DNA of 64,000 nt from Marsupella aquatica. Taxonomy: Eukaryota > Plantae > Marchantiophyta. Where the stretch lies: NCBI GenBank assembly GCA_973895155.1, contig OZ316891.1:18347987-18411986 (forward strand), written 5' to 3'. Made by a program: the position numbers and the translations under genes. Shown here piece after piece: positions 40,501 through 54,502 of this stretch; within the stretch, counting starts at the first letter, position 1, and each line of letters begins with the position of its first letter. Below the pieces are notes generated by a model. That model was not told where the DNA came from. It saw only the letters and a program-made list of their open reading frames with translations, and made no database searches.

Positions 40501-43322
40501 TTGAAGCGAACCGAAGGTGGCGAGATCACCGTTAACGGTAGGTAAAGACCATACAGCCGCTCAATTTATTCGAACATTAATCCGAATAATCAAGAATATG
40601 ACAGTCCGAGTAGCTTAGAAAGGCTCCTACCCCACCCTTCGATTCTACCTTGAGCAGAGTAAATCCCCTGTTGTAGTGTGAGTCACCAACGATGACGCTT
40701 GCACCTAGGCTTTAAAAGATATCTTCTCCCGCGACCCTTAATCATAAACTGTAAATACCTGTATAAGGCCTTTACAGAGACAGGAATCCATCCTGCGGAA
40801 AACTTAGTTAACAACTGCTGTTAAAGAGGAAAGAAAACTCACTTTCCGCAGACGAGGCAGTGCAAACCACCTTGCCCTGTTCCACCCTCATATCTTCTCT
40901 TGAGGGAATGATCATCACTTATCATACGTGAATACCGAATTCCAGCTTTGGTCATCTTTGTTATAAATTCTGCTGACAGCTCATATGCATCATAATATGT
41001 TTCCTCCACCTCTTGACTATTCCCCTGCTTCTGCTGCTCGGCCAGCTTGCGACTCTTAGTCGCTCTCTCTATCTCCATGACTAAGGATGGCCTTTTTGGT
41101 GCTGGTTCACGTTGCAGATTTTCTCGAGGCTTAGAATCTATCTTCGTAGTACCATTGGCAGAGTTCTTCGGTGGCCCATTACTATTAAGTCCACTATTAT
41201 TTAAACTGTTACCACCGACGTTATTCTTTTGAGGGGCATCATCAATAACTCCTGCTTTGCCCACAATTACTGGGTTCTTGCTCTCCTTCGTCTCTTGATT
41301 GCCATCCTTAACAACTTCTACAGTAGAAGGCTGCCCAGAAGACCCAGCTGCCGCTATGCCATTTGCAGCAGCTGAAGTCTCAGCCACGGTGACAGTGGCA
41401 GAGGAAGGTATATTGCAGTTCGTTTTCTCACCTGGCCCACTTCTATCCGTAGTAGATGCAAGTTGTGCTAACTTACCACTTGGAACAGCAGGAGGTCCTG
41501 CGTTGTTTCTCTCATGATGTTTTGACGGTTTTTTCCCACTGCTAGAGACTTGTTTGGAAAGGTTGGCTGTAGTTTTCGCAATAGCAGCTGCTAGAGTGTC
41601 CTTCTCATTACGACGATCCGAACGAGCAGATTTACTGCTGTCAGCAGGAGGTCGTTCATCGTCCACAGGCCTCTTTCTGCCACCCTCCTTGGCAGCTTTC
41701 TCGGCTCTTTCTCTCTCAATGTACTTCGTGACTAATCCAACCCTTTGATTGACCACGGAGTTGTACGCATAAGGTCTACTATTGGCCATCCCGTACTGCT
41801 GCGGCGGCTGCTGGTGGTGGTCGTAGCTTCTTCCCCCGGAACAACTGTTGTAACGCAAATCTTCATCATCTCCGCCCCTGCCATACCGCCCTCCCTCAAC
41901 CCTTCTGGACACAGCAGACCATCTCTTGGGGTCATCTACACGATCTCCATAACCCACGTTTCGCTCTCCTGGCCCTCTAGGATAATCACGTCTACTTTCT
42001 CTCCTGCTTTGTCTGTCACTTCCGCCGTTCCAAGAGCTGTTCTTCCCTGGTAGAACGTCCCATTGTGAAGGAGCTTTTGTACTGTGCCTTGAGCGGCCCC
42101 AGACAGGGCTCCTAGTGGGACTGTCACGACGTGGACTCATTGGGGCGACAGCCAGGCGAGTGCGAGGGCTCAATGGAGGGCCACCATAATCCCATCCATT
42201 CCCACCCCTTGGACTCATAAGAGGAGAAATCCTCCTTGGACTCATGGGAAAGTCTACCTGAGGCTGCTGTGTTAAAAAGTCTTCCTCCCTGGAAGGCGAA
42301 AACCCTCGCCTGTTGGGCAGTCTTCCTCCGTAATCCAAAACTGGAGGGTAGACCTCTCTTCTCCTGGGGCTCAGGGCTGGGGAAAAGTCCTCCCTTCGAG
42401 GACTCATCATCTGGGGAAAATCGTCCATGCGAGGACTCATAGGTGGAGTCAAATCCTCTCGTCTGGGGCTCATCATTCGCACGATCTCATCCCTTCTGGG
42501 ACTCATCGGCATTGCAGCACGAGGACTCAGTGGGGTTGGAATTCGACCATCCTCTTCCCAACCACCAGCCACATGGATCAGTCTGCCATCTCTCCCAATC
42601 TGCCTCCCTTGATACACCCCTTGCTGCTGCTGCAGCCTCTGAGGCTGAGCATGACCAGCAGGTAGAGCAAGCTGGGCCTCATCTGCTCCAACATATGCCC
42701 CACGAAAGGCCCCTACGCCTTTGAGTTCGTGGGGCTGATTACCTCTTCCTAACTCAGGACCGGAGTACATTGTTCTCAAGCTTCCGCCAGGCAACTGAAC
42801 TTGCTGCTGCTGCAGCAAGCCATAGCTGTCAACGTTGCTGTAACTGTGGGCACCTACACCACCACCCACTCCTCGAACGGGAGGAAGAGGCTGTGCGTAA
42901 GAATTCATGCCACCTGGGCCCATGTGGCTACCTTGCTCATATGGCAATCGATTTCCACCATTGCTAAGTATTTGCTGGGTGGTGTGCATGAGCGGCTCTG
43001 GCGCAGGGAGTGGTAAGGGTCCTCTGCCTCCTGAAACCAACCTTCCGTCTCCCAGACCTCCCTGGACACTCCTACCAGAAACCAACCTTGGATCCACTCT
43101 GGGGTCTATTACAGGGTATGAAGCTCCTGGTAATCTTCTTGAGAGAATTGGATCAAGATCCGAGCTCACCCTTCTCACATTGCTGGGGTCCCTACTTCCC
43201 ATGCCGGTATCCCTCGACGGGCCCAGGTGGTGAGGAGCAGAGTCGGCATAAGGAGCATGATACCCTTGATACTGCGCATTGCCAGGATCCCTCCCGAAAC
43301 CCATTCGATTCCGGCCAGCCAT
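37515..43322 (-). CDS. Zinc-finger + XS-domain (SGS3-type RRM-like) protein 1 with a long disordered N-terminus, 1073 aa. Exons 43322-40843, 39612-39338, 37981-37515
   Basis: LHCLVCGK|GSKIYSDIYELITHA..HMGF (zf-XS-like), IVWPPIVVVENT, GHRGIVHVEF, EAERLHNYF, GRGRVQW, KRVLYGYLA; the spliced length of 3222 nt is in frame. Confidence 0.85.
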
Positions 43323-44354
43323 CTCTCTCTCTTTCTCTCTTCAGGTCTCTTTTGACTTCCTTGGGTTCAACAGGTATAGTGCCGTCCGGTCTGAATGCAA
43401 TGTCACCCCCTGCAAGACCGTCAAACCTAAGCTAAGCTGCACAGCGAATGGTCGAAGTGTCCCACTACAGTAGTCAAATCAACATAGCACCCAAGCTGGA
43501 CGGTCTCCGACGACATCCATGCCGGCCACCGCGTCAACTCAGCGTGACTCGCCATCATTACCGAGAAGGCCAGCTGAACACAAACCCAGGCAATAAACTC
43601 AGCGACAATAGACGGAACTCCAATGCAGCTAAGGAAAATTCTCCACTCGCTAAAAATTTCAGAAACTCTACTAAAATAAAATCCAATCCGGAATACAATT
43701 AAAGAAATCACTGACCTTAGCATGGCGGAAACAGCAAAGAAAATACCTAACCAAATCGCTCTTAGAGTAGGCCGCAACGGGAAGCAAAGATAGAGGAAGA
43801 CATACCGAAGCTTCAACAGGATCATCGCGAGGCAAGAAACAGATGAGAGCGATCAATTAAGCAGGGTAGACAGCAAGATCCGTTTTAGAAAAATGAAAAT
43901 TTGACAGAAACAGAGTAATTTAGGGTCGGAAATAGCAAGACGCACCGCAATTGGCCCTCCTGAATCAACAAACCTTTCTCCGACCTCACATGACTCACTC
44001 TAGAGCGACGTCGCCAAAAATGACACGGACTTTTAAATTGATAACACCGGCCCTCGATGGGAACGGAGCATTATCCTAAAGGTATAAATAATTAGGTGTG
44101 CATGGATCAATCGGTGCGAAACCGCTTACCCTACTTCGACCTCATTCATCCTCCTCCTCAACTATCCAGCCAGCGACCCAAATTCCACAAACCCACCATC
44201 AGCGAAGTCCTCCGAGCCCGTCCTTTACAACCAACTTAAAACCCTCAACCATAACAAGCAACCCCTCGACTTCCTCTTGCTCCTTCGTCCCCCCGCGCGC
44301 GATCCTCCTCTTCCCTCCTCCCACCGGCCTGCCCGACAGCCAGCCAGCGCCTTC

Positions 44355-44685
44355 AAACTGCGAAGAAATACATCCGGACAATCTTCAGAACAGAATGTCT
44401 TTCCACTGCCCCTTCCTCTCCTTCATCGTCCGCTCCCTACTACTCTCTCTGCCTCTCTCGCTTTCCAACTGCGAAGAAATTCATAAGAACAATCTTCAGA
44501 ACAGAATGTCTTCCCACTGTCCCTTCCTCCCCGACATCGTCCGCTCCCTACTACCTCTCTCTACCCTCTCTGCCTCTCTCGCCCTCAAACTGCGAAGAAA
44601 TTCATCAGAACAATGTTCAGAACAGAATGTCTTTCCAGTGCCCCTTCCCCTTCATCATCCGCTCCCTACTACTCTCTCTGCCTCA
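44355..44685. repeat. Three ~110-120 bp tandem repeats
   Basis: aactgcgaagaaat.cat...acaat.ttcagaacagaatgtctt...ccgctccctact at ~44357, 44467 and 44588. Confidence 0.88.
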
Positions 44686-46640
44686 TATCAAGCCAATCAA
44701 ACAAGCTTCATAACCAAAATCCTTCAGAACAGAGACTGCGCGCAATTTTTGCCCAACAATGATGGGCACTGGGGAAACCCGCCGGACAAAGAATGTCTTC
44801 CGGTCCGACACAGGAGTCCAGAACACGTGTTCCCTTGTCATTGGGAGTGAACCGGACCCAGGAGGTCTTGACCAGTTTGACCGGATAATGGGAAGATGAG
44901 ACCAGAGGTCCGTGGTGGGAGCTTGGAAACTGCTTAGAGGCTCGCCCATCCTTAGTCGAAGATCGACCAAACAGTTCAGTTATGCCCCACATTCCCACAA
45001 TGATTAACCGCCTCGAAGAGCAGTCGACGGTTAAATTAAGCGAAGCCCAACGCCGATCGTGTAACGCGGATGGAAAAGACTCGAGAACGGTGGTGGAGTG
45101 ATGAGAGCTCCAGTTTTTTTAGCACTCTCTTGCTTCTTTGCTCGCAACCGTTGCCGCCTCTGTGGCTGTTGGGCATTGGCTAAAGGCTGTTCCAGTTACA
45201 AGAATTAGTTGCGGGATAGTAACGCTGACTTGGGCTGTCATCGGCGAAACGATTCAGCTACAGAGCTTACGTCCGAGATGAAGTTGTGAGATCCATGGCG
45301 AATACTGGGCTGCGTCTGTGGTGCTCGGGATTCTTGGCCTTGTAATTTGCTCTCATATGCTCGACGACGTCAACGCATATATTCCAGGACATGTGGGCCA
45401 TAGATCCCACTGGGGGAGGACGCCTTATAAACTGCCCCATATAGTATCAGTATGCTAGATAATTATAGTCGTATGCTGACACAAAAAGAATATGTAGTAG
45501 TCTCCGTCGACGATTCGGCGTAGGCTTGGCTTGGGTACCGGGTAATCTGAGTCAGAAGACATCACCCAGATGCTACAAGGATAGCAGAAAGTTTAGAAAC
45601 TGGCCTGGTGATGAACTACTGTGGGAGGTGGTGCCACGACAGGTTCACCAGCCAGTGGGTTTGAAGTCTATTCGAGCTTCTCTTCCGAAAACGAGATGAC
45701 ACTGTGAATGTTCCACACTCATAAAGTCGACAATACTTTTGGTTCTATCTTTTGGCTTACGGTTGCCTGGGATTAACTTAATTAAAGAAAAGACCAAGAA
45801 TTCATGACTTCGCCAATCAGTGTCCTCAAGGATCCCGTAAGGTGCTGGATCACAAATGTTTTCTGGGCCTTCCATGATAGCTCACTATTACCACCAGCGA
45901 CAGTTCCCTTCCTGGGCATAAAGTTGATGACAATTCTAGTGAGCCCTGCCCGTATCCTGGCATCCCATCAACTGCGAAAAGCGATCGGATGTCTACTCTG
46001 CTAATATTTCTCACGTCCAGCACTATTTAAAAAAAAAGGTGTACCTACGACACTAAGGACTTGGCGGTACTTATCTGGGCAATCCAACAGGCCATGCGCA
46101 ATATCCTTCTCGTCGATTGGAATCCTGAAATACCCCGTGAACAATCGTGGGTCTGAGCTGATTGAACGTTTGGTCCTGACACGAGCGTTGCAGAGAAATG
46201 TGACCTCTCTCTTAAGTGTCATTCCAGTCACGTACCGTCACGTCATGTGTATGGCGAGGACATTTTAGTCAGTGGATCGACCAAAATCGCGACATTCACG
46301 ACTGGACGATGCAAGCGGACTTGTAAATCTGAAAGAGAGATAATTAAGACCTTATAACACCACGGAAGAGAAATAGCCAATATCTGCCCGTATAACAAGA
46401 TGAGTATCATATCTGTACAACTATTTAAAGGGCACCAAGTGGATGAATTTTAACGTGTTGGAGAATCCTAGTCTACCCATTCCACAAGACGTTGCACTAG
46501 TCCTGGTCGTTTTGCACAAACGCAGATCCGCACTCTCAAAATTGCGAGTATTCACAAGTAAATACCATCGTAAACATCATCCGGCCGTGCAAGATCCGAT
46601 GAAGATTGAATGCTGTCAGGGGACGCTTCTACTATGGCAT

Positions 46641-49600
46641 TCATGTTTGAAGTGCTTGACTACAGTCCGAATCTGCAGTATCGAAAAACTCCCTCAGGTT
46701 CTGAATCTCCCAGTCTACGTATTGCTTGTTCGGATCAATATGCTTTATCACTCGGGGGATAGCGAGATACCCATAAAGTATCCGCTTCACAGACACTTTG
46801 TCCTCGAGAACTGCAAGAAGCCCACTGCTTTCTTGTACCTCTGTGGCGTCACAAAGGAGAGCCCTGCAAACATGTCCAGTTAAAGAAACTTAGACCATGT
46901 GAAGATGTTGAGATCATCTCACCACCTTCCAGTAGTTCTGTAGCAATTTCAGAGATGTGCAAGGCGAGGTTCTTACTTGAATTTCGGCTTTAGCCGTAAC
47001 CAGTCTTCGTAAGACCTTGCATGGAGCTCAAATTGACGATGCATATGTTTTGCAGCTATCCAACCTCGCTGAGTGGTCGGAAACTCCACCAAGACTTGGC
47101 CTGTGAGGGTATTTTCCCTCACCACAGGATGCAATTTCCGCTTTCCTTGATCTCCAAGTGCTGTTTAGACACAGATCCCAACATACATCGGATGAGATAA
47201 CCGCGTGGAGAGGCGAACGAAATGTACACAGGAGCCCTTCAAGCGCATGACTGCACTTAAGCGAGCTAGACGCTGTGCTTAGGTACCTCATGTGTTGAAT
47301 GACAACACAAAGAAAGGCTTACCTCGAAGCATGTGCATCAGCTCATTGGTATGGAGGCTGATCGGACTTCCTCCTCGATCCAATCCAATTAGAGTATTCT
47401 CCAGCACAACTACTGGTGGCCAAACACCTTCAATCTGAAACGATTGCTCTCCAGCCACACTATGGCAGGCTGGAGTATTTCCAGGTTCATCAAGATGCAA
47501 AAGGTTTCTGATTGCCTGTGCATATCCTCGATGCTCCGGTTGCCTCAACTTTTTAACTTCCTTGGCATGAGCTAGAAGAGACATGACACTTGAAAATACT
47601 CTGATTTTTCTGCGTTCAGAACAAGGCAAGTTCAGCTAGCGTACTCCAGCCATAACACAATACAATCAGTTCGCAAGCACACCAGTACCACACAGGACAC
47701 CTACATCTGTGATAGTACCCTAATGTGTTGGACAGATGCCAAATGAATAATGGTCGAGGGTCAACCAGCACAGGAACAAGCCTAGCACGGACTCTGAACC
47801 ACCTGACAGGTTCGTCCTGCTTTGCAAGACGCCTCACTCGGGAACTTCATTAACATCACGCGAAGATCTGGGAGAATACATTCACAGGTTCTCCCTGGCA
47901 AATGACCAAATCAGGCAATTTTCACATTTCAGAGACCAAAGTCAACATCGGTCGACGATGAGATAGACAATCCGATTCAAATGACTCAAATGGACAGTCT
48001 TATTAAGTTGTACCATTCGCAGTAAAGCATGGCATGAACAGGACAATATAGGCTCTGGGGACTTTGTCACGATGCTACGTTGATCACCCCAAAGTGTAGC
48101 AAGAAACTCAAAAGGAGAAAAGGATAAAAGGCATCCAGACCAACCTGGCTGTGTGACTGGGCGGCTTCCTAGACGAATAGTTCAAAACTTCCGACTCTCC
48201 ACTATAAAGAACAACCAACTCCTTCTATGACTAAAACACCTTCAGGTAGGTCCTTTGCCGATGGACCTCCATGAATTTCCCCTGGATTCCTATGCTCACC
48301 TTGCAGATTGACAAGGCCAAGAACCTCGTGAAGTTGAGATCTTCATCTAAGTAAAGAGGATAGTCACCCTTGGTACATGATGATGGTAGAATTATTGATT
48401 TTCAAGTCTATCAATCAACCAGGGAAAGGGCGAGAAGTAGAAAGCAGAAAAGATTCAGTAAGACAGTCTTAGAGAAAATTTGACAGGATGAACCTCACTC
48501 CTTATTTTCCAGAAGAATAGCAGGGAAGATTCAGTAAACCTAGTGAACTCCAGTAATCTGCCACATAAGCTGATGCCATCTGCAATGATGTTTGTGTAGC
48601 TAATACGTAAATCATAGATGCGAGCGTCAGCAACTTCATACTGAAGTAATGACTTTTAATTTCACATCGACTTGCGTTTAAGACTTTAAATTGTCAGCTC
48701 CGCACAGGAGTACGGAAAAATGGTCACATCACACTTCCTAAAACAGAATGAGGCCAGTTATAGGCATTCGTGACAGCCATTTCCAAGAACTAATAACGAC
48801 AATCCTAAGTGATTCATAGTATGTGTCAAAGTGCCTGCAACTACTTTCATCACCAAGGTTGTCAGATCTTTCGAAATCGAAACGCCACAATGCTTGGCTA
48901 GGTTAACATATCGCAGGTCACAAAATTTGGAACATTGCAGAACTTGAGAAGACCACAAGATTTCTGGGACATGTCCATTATGAAAGGCTCCCAATGAAGT
49001 CGTCCAGCAGAACCGTTTCATAGAGTTAACTCTAATTGACAATCGAAATCTACTCACATCTTCATCTTATCCCCATCTGCACGTTGCAAGGCAAACAAAG
49101 GTCTAATCTTCTCTATCGAGAACGAGTGACCTGAGGGGACTAGCACGAAGACAGCACCAAACACCATTTGAAGCAAATGTTCTTTATGAGAACAAGTTGC
49201 TAAATCCTTGACTAGGCTAAGTGCACTATGCCAGAACCTCTGCAACCACAATGCCAACACATCCTGTCTGCAGCAATGGTAACCGAACCACTGGATTAAG
49301 GAGACTAAACAACAGAAGGGCACCCACAGGTCATGGGAGACCTGTAGAGAGCATAGCTTTTGTAGAATCTGTCAATGAACAGCGACTTTTCTCTGGCAAC
49401 AGCATTCCGAATGCGCACTGGAACTTCCAGTAGCGTTGCGTTGCAAGTTTGTGGCTGGGCGTGAGACAAAAACATATGTAGAAATTTTGAACATTCGTGT
49501 CGAAGAAAGCCTATGCCATCTGGGCTCCATATTGCCACATGTAATATTCTGAATACGATGTCGCGCGGTTCTAAATCCGATGGGACTCAACAGATTTCGA

Positions 49601-52600
49601 ACCTGGTCCTTTAGAGGCTGTCGAGGTGATCACACTGATATCTCTCCAGCTTACCTCACTATCCTGTCCTCCGCTGTTGTAGAGAAAAATATATAAGACT
49701 TCTCGAATCCTTCCCACTGGGTAAAGATAAATGCCCACACGGAGTTCCCATCAAACGACTTCCAGCATCCCTCCGTTCGAAGTGCCCTAAAATGAGTCTC
49801 CTTGTCATTCAGTTTTGGAGGCCATCAGACAGCAAAAAATGGCATTCGGTTCAAAGGGTTACATCTAGAGAAATTGAAGTGCACGTCATCAAGCTCCAAA
49901 GCCCTCAGCCTGACATAAGTAGAGCTGCGGTACTTGAACTGCGAGATTTTAGGACATAAGCTTAGTCAACGGCAATTGGATTTTTGCCTCGGCGAAGTTC
50001 GTACAAAATTTGTGTTTCGGTTCTCGAGTGCTTTCATTTAGCAGATTCCTTTAAATAGTAGACAGAAAAGGTTAAGAGAGGCTGCTGTCCAATTCAACTG
50101 CTGGATGTCTGTATGGATCCTAAACCCAAGGAAGAAAGTTCAAGGTGTCTAAAAGCAGCTAGAGTTCAAAAATATGGTTCACTAAACCATCAGGACAACT
50201 CGAATGCTCCTCACACTACTGGCCACTACACCAGCTTAATGGCTCCTCACCAGGCTCTCCTCGACTGAGACAGCTAGCTAATTATACATCTGTCAGACAT
50301 AGAACAATGGTGTTTCATTTTAAAGTCTCGTAATTGCACTTACAAGAATGCAATATCGAGGATTTGACAGGGCCGACAAGCCTGTAGAGAGTAGTTTCAC
50401 CACCAGTGTTTCTGACAGATTCTCTTTTCCCTTGTGCATCGTCAAGAGTCGCTTTCCTTCAAAAGGGTAGTCATAATCCTGCAGGAACTGCGATTTAAAA
50501 ACATGTCGTAGACTTTGAAGTTTGCAAACAAAAAAACTTCGTGAAGTGACATTCCACGTACTATAGGTTGCCCAATATTCAAATTGCCGAGGTATCGAAA
50601 TGTACTGCCTCCCAGAAAATAGGACATATCCCGGTTACTTTGTAATTGCAACGCTGGAGATTGATTTTTAGTTTTCTTTTTACCCTGTTTGCACGAATTG
50701 AAGAGGGTTTTCCACTTTGGCTTGCACGCCTAACTGTACGGCTTTCAAATGAAGTCTTACACGGCGCCTGTGCAAGACAGAAAATCACAGCGGTGGTACG
50801 AGCAATGCACTTATCCCCAAACCTAAAGCAGTGCACACTTGGAGAGAACTTAATGAGTGCCGCCAAACCTTACACTATCAAATTTGGTTTGCTAGCAGAT
50901 ACAAGCTACCGAGCTGATCAATTACTTAGTTCCAGTGGATAAACTGTTGTAGTACTTTTGATAGTTAAAGCTGACAGTCATTTATGTCCGCACTTCTCTG
51001 GGCAAGACAGACAGGATAAAGCCCTGGCTCCATGCAGAGGATGAACCAACTTGCGAATTCTTCTCATCCACAACTTCGTACTCAGAGCAAAGCTTGCACA
51101 TTTATCCAATTACTTTTACCTGACTCCCGGGTCAAAGCTTGGTCTGAAAAGCGACTGAGGAACTACTGACCCCATTGGAGCTGAGATCTCGGTGAGAAGT
51201 AATGTCAGCACCACTTTATGATACAGAAAATTGGTTCCTTAAAAAGTCTCTCGGCCACTCAGTATCCTGGGAAGACCCTAGTCTGGCATCGTCTTGTCCA
51301 ATCAGCCAGTCTGCTGATCCGGCGTTGTTGAGAGAAGCCATTATCTTTCTTTCTGTCGCAATTGAGACCGTGAAATGATAGTCTTCAAGAAACTACAATC
51401 CTCTTGAAAAGCATTAAATATATGTTCGTTCTGCAGTCCTCTCCAGCCATGAGGTCAAAGCTCACACCGTTGACGGACCGAAATCCGTTGACGGACCGAA
51501 ATGAACACGTCGAAGCCAACAGAAACAGAAGACTCCTTTGTAAACTACAAACTCACAACTGTGTAGCAACTGTACTCATCTAATGCACTGAATATCTGCT
51601 CGTTCTGGAGTCCCATCTACCCATGAGGTCAAACCACATCGTTGAAGGACTGGAATGATCATATAGCAGCTGACAGCAACGGAGGACTCTCCTTTGTAGA
51701 GTAAGAACTCATACGTAGAGTATCCATTGTACTCATACACTTCAGTCAAAATAAACAAATTACCCAGAATAGGGCGATTGAATTAAGTTGTCAGAATCGA
51801 TCGACGATCCTAGCCTTTTTTGCCTTGATGCAGGAAGGTGGAATAGGACTGGTTCACGCTTCACATGGTACAAAAGAAGGTAACATAATCAAACTTGACA
51901 CAGGGATTCTTCCCCAATTACAGAGGCTTTAGCTATCTAAGTGTGAGCAGGATTCCACTGCATTCGACTTGCAATGGAGGAAACGTTGGAAAGAAGGAAT
52001 TAGACTAACCGAATCAAAACGAACACCAGTCAAGCTGAGTCGCATCCAGAGATTCTAACTATCTTAAAACCCTTAATACTTAATGTCGAATGAATGATGT
52101 TTTTAGATCAGTGAGCTTTACAGCAGTTATCACCAACAGAGTGTCCATTGAACGAGCGTCACGGACATACATGCAAATTCATCTTCACAAAGCTAACACT
52201 GGCAGTCATCGAACCATCAAACTAAAATCTGAACTTACAGGCCAGATGCATCTAAATGGACCAAATGAAAGGGTTTTCTCGTCCCCTGGGCTTCAAATAG
52301 GAATCGAAAGAGGCAAAACACGGAAAGCACCAAGCAGCAGATGGCCATCGAATGCCCAAAGGGACCCAGACCAATGAAGAGATGAGTCAGAACGAAAGCA
52401 TCCGATACGAAGTCCAGAGGGACGAAACGCGTGACTGACAAAGAACAACAACTGATTGTTTCGATGACAGTTCAAGGCAACGCTAACAGTGAGAAAGGAT
52501 CGGAACGACTGCAAAACAACCAAATGAGACAAACGAAAAATGAAGAATGGGACAGAGTGAGTGAAGGAAGAATCTGTGTTGAGTTTCTAATTGAGAATGA

Positions 52601-54303
52601 ATAACTGAATGAATTGATTTAAGGTCCAGGGGGACCAAACCTAGCCATGGGACCAGAACTGATGAAACACTTTCCAAGTCAAAAGCCAAGTCACGATCTC
52701 CAGTGCATAGGCTGTGGAGTCATCAGCGAAAGAAGACTGAATGAAGAAACGATTAAAAACGAAGTCTCAGGTGGGGAGATAATGAGCTGTGATACCAGAA
52801 ATGAAGAAGGAGGCAAAGAACCAACCTCTTGGAGAAACAAATGTCGCACGTTAACTTAAAACCGTCGAGAAACTTCCTCCTCCAGCTTTGGTCATCTTTG
52901 AAAAGCAAAGCATACTTGGCCAGAGCCACCTCTTCCCTCTTTCTAGTCTGTTCCAGTGACTCCTCGAAATCTTCAACCTCAGAGCTCTCCTCCTCAGAAC
53001 CAGCAAAACTAGGACTAAGGTCACCCTGGGGCGGATGAGCTCTCACTTGGCACCTCGGGGAACCATATAATGGTGTCGGCCAGAAGCTCTTCTTGACGGG
53101 TCCAGGATTAACCACATCCCCTGGATTCTCTTCCAGCGAGCCCCTTAGCTTCTCGTCCTCCACCCATGAGTCGCCAATCTGCTCCTCCAAAGTCCCGACA
53201 TTACGACCATTCCATGGCGGCTCGTCCTCTGGAGGTTCCTTTATGCCTATCTTGTGGTTCGTTTTTCTTTTCCTTGGGGATGCCTTTATTGTCCAAGGCT
53301 TATCAGGCCTCACTGACTGAGATGCATCAAATTCCTCAACTAGCTTGGCCTTCTTCTTCTTGAGCCTAGATTCCTTGTCATCCTTCACCTTGCCAGCATT
53401 TGAGCGTGTGGATGCGTCTAAAACGTGTGTACCATTTCCATTGATATGGTCACTGAAAGGCGTTCCTTCACAAGGAGGAGCATCATCCATCGGTACATCA
53501 TTAAGTGCAGAGGGAAACGCACCTTTGGGCTGAGTTGGACAGAACAGCAGGGGAAAGTATACCGACAGGCGCTGTTCCTCTGGTGAGAGATAATTATCCT
53601 CCATCACAAAATGAATCTCTTTCATGGTGCGCGGGTTAATGAGAGGAACGTGTTGAATTTTCTCCACGATAGGCTGATTTTCTACAGTCGGATGATCTTC
53701 CACGACAGGTTCATTTTCCACCCCGTGATCAATTTCTCTCGGGGTAGGAGACGGAGGGTCAGAGAGATAGTGCTCCTCCATGATATAGTAAACCTCTCTG
53801 GGACTAGGAGAGCTACTCTCCCTAACCTCTTCATTTTCTCTAAAATCTGCTCTCGGGCCCTCCGCCTCCGCTTCCTGTGTCTCATGTAGGGGAGAAGCGG
53901 CCGAGGGGGCTTCATGAGCACTTGATACAGCGGGGGACCGGCGACAATTCGAAAAGAAGTCTTCCAAAAGCTCATCATCGTAATTCAGTTCTCTTCCGAC
54001 CAGCTCCTTGGCAGCGGCAAAGCAAACATGATACCTTTCTCCGTCGAATACATGGAAGGGTCTCAACCCAAACGCACCGAGAACGCTCCTGGCTATATCT
54101 CTCTTCAGTTGCTCCTTGTCAATAAATTGAGCTGCTGCGTCCCCATTTGCTGTGACAACCCGCTCAGCTGCTGCTGCGCCCTTACTTTTCGCTTCAGCTA
54201 CAGCGTGATCTTCTCCAGGAGCACCCGCAGAGGACTCCATTATAGTCAGCAACTCTTCCTCCGCCAAACGATCATGCTTCTTCCGCTTGCCACCAATGTA
54301 CAT
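46641..54303 (-). CDS. Zinc-finger + XS-domain protein 2, 723 aa. Exons 54303-52826, 47609-47323, 47160-46977, 46863-46641
   Basis: LTCDICFSKR|KIRVFSSVMSLLAHA..EHRGY, GVWPPVVVLENT, GQVLVEFPTTQRGWIAAKHMH, KRILYGYLA. The last two exons are absent from the ORF track but splice in frame (2172 nt). The first two introns match gene 1 in position and phase. Confidence 0.8.
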
Positions 54304-54444
54304 CCCTCCTACTCTTGCGATTTCTCACATTTGAATCATGAGGTGCACCATGATCTCATTCTCTCCTTCACCTTGCCCCTAACCTCTACATTTCTTACGC
54401 TCCTCTTTATTTGTCACACGAAGTCTAACGAAACGCCTTAACCG

Positions 54445-54446
<2 letters not shown>

Positions 54447-54499
<53 letters not shown>
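54447..54499. repeat. (CT)n microsatellite upstream of XS gene 2 ((GA)n in its probable 5' UTR)
   Basis: Uninterrupted CT tract. Confidence 0.95.
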
Positions 54500-54502
<3 letters not shown>

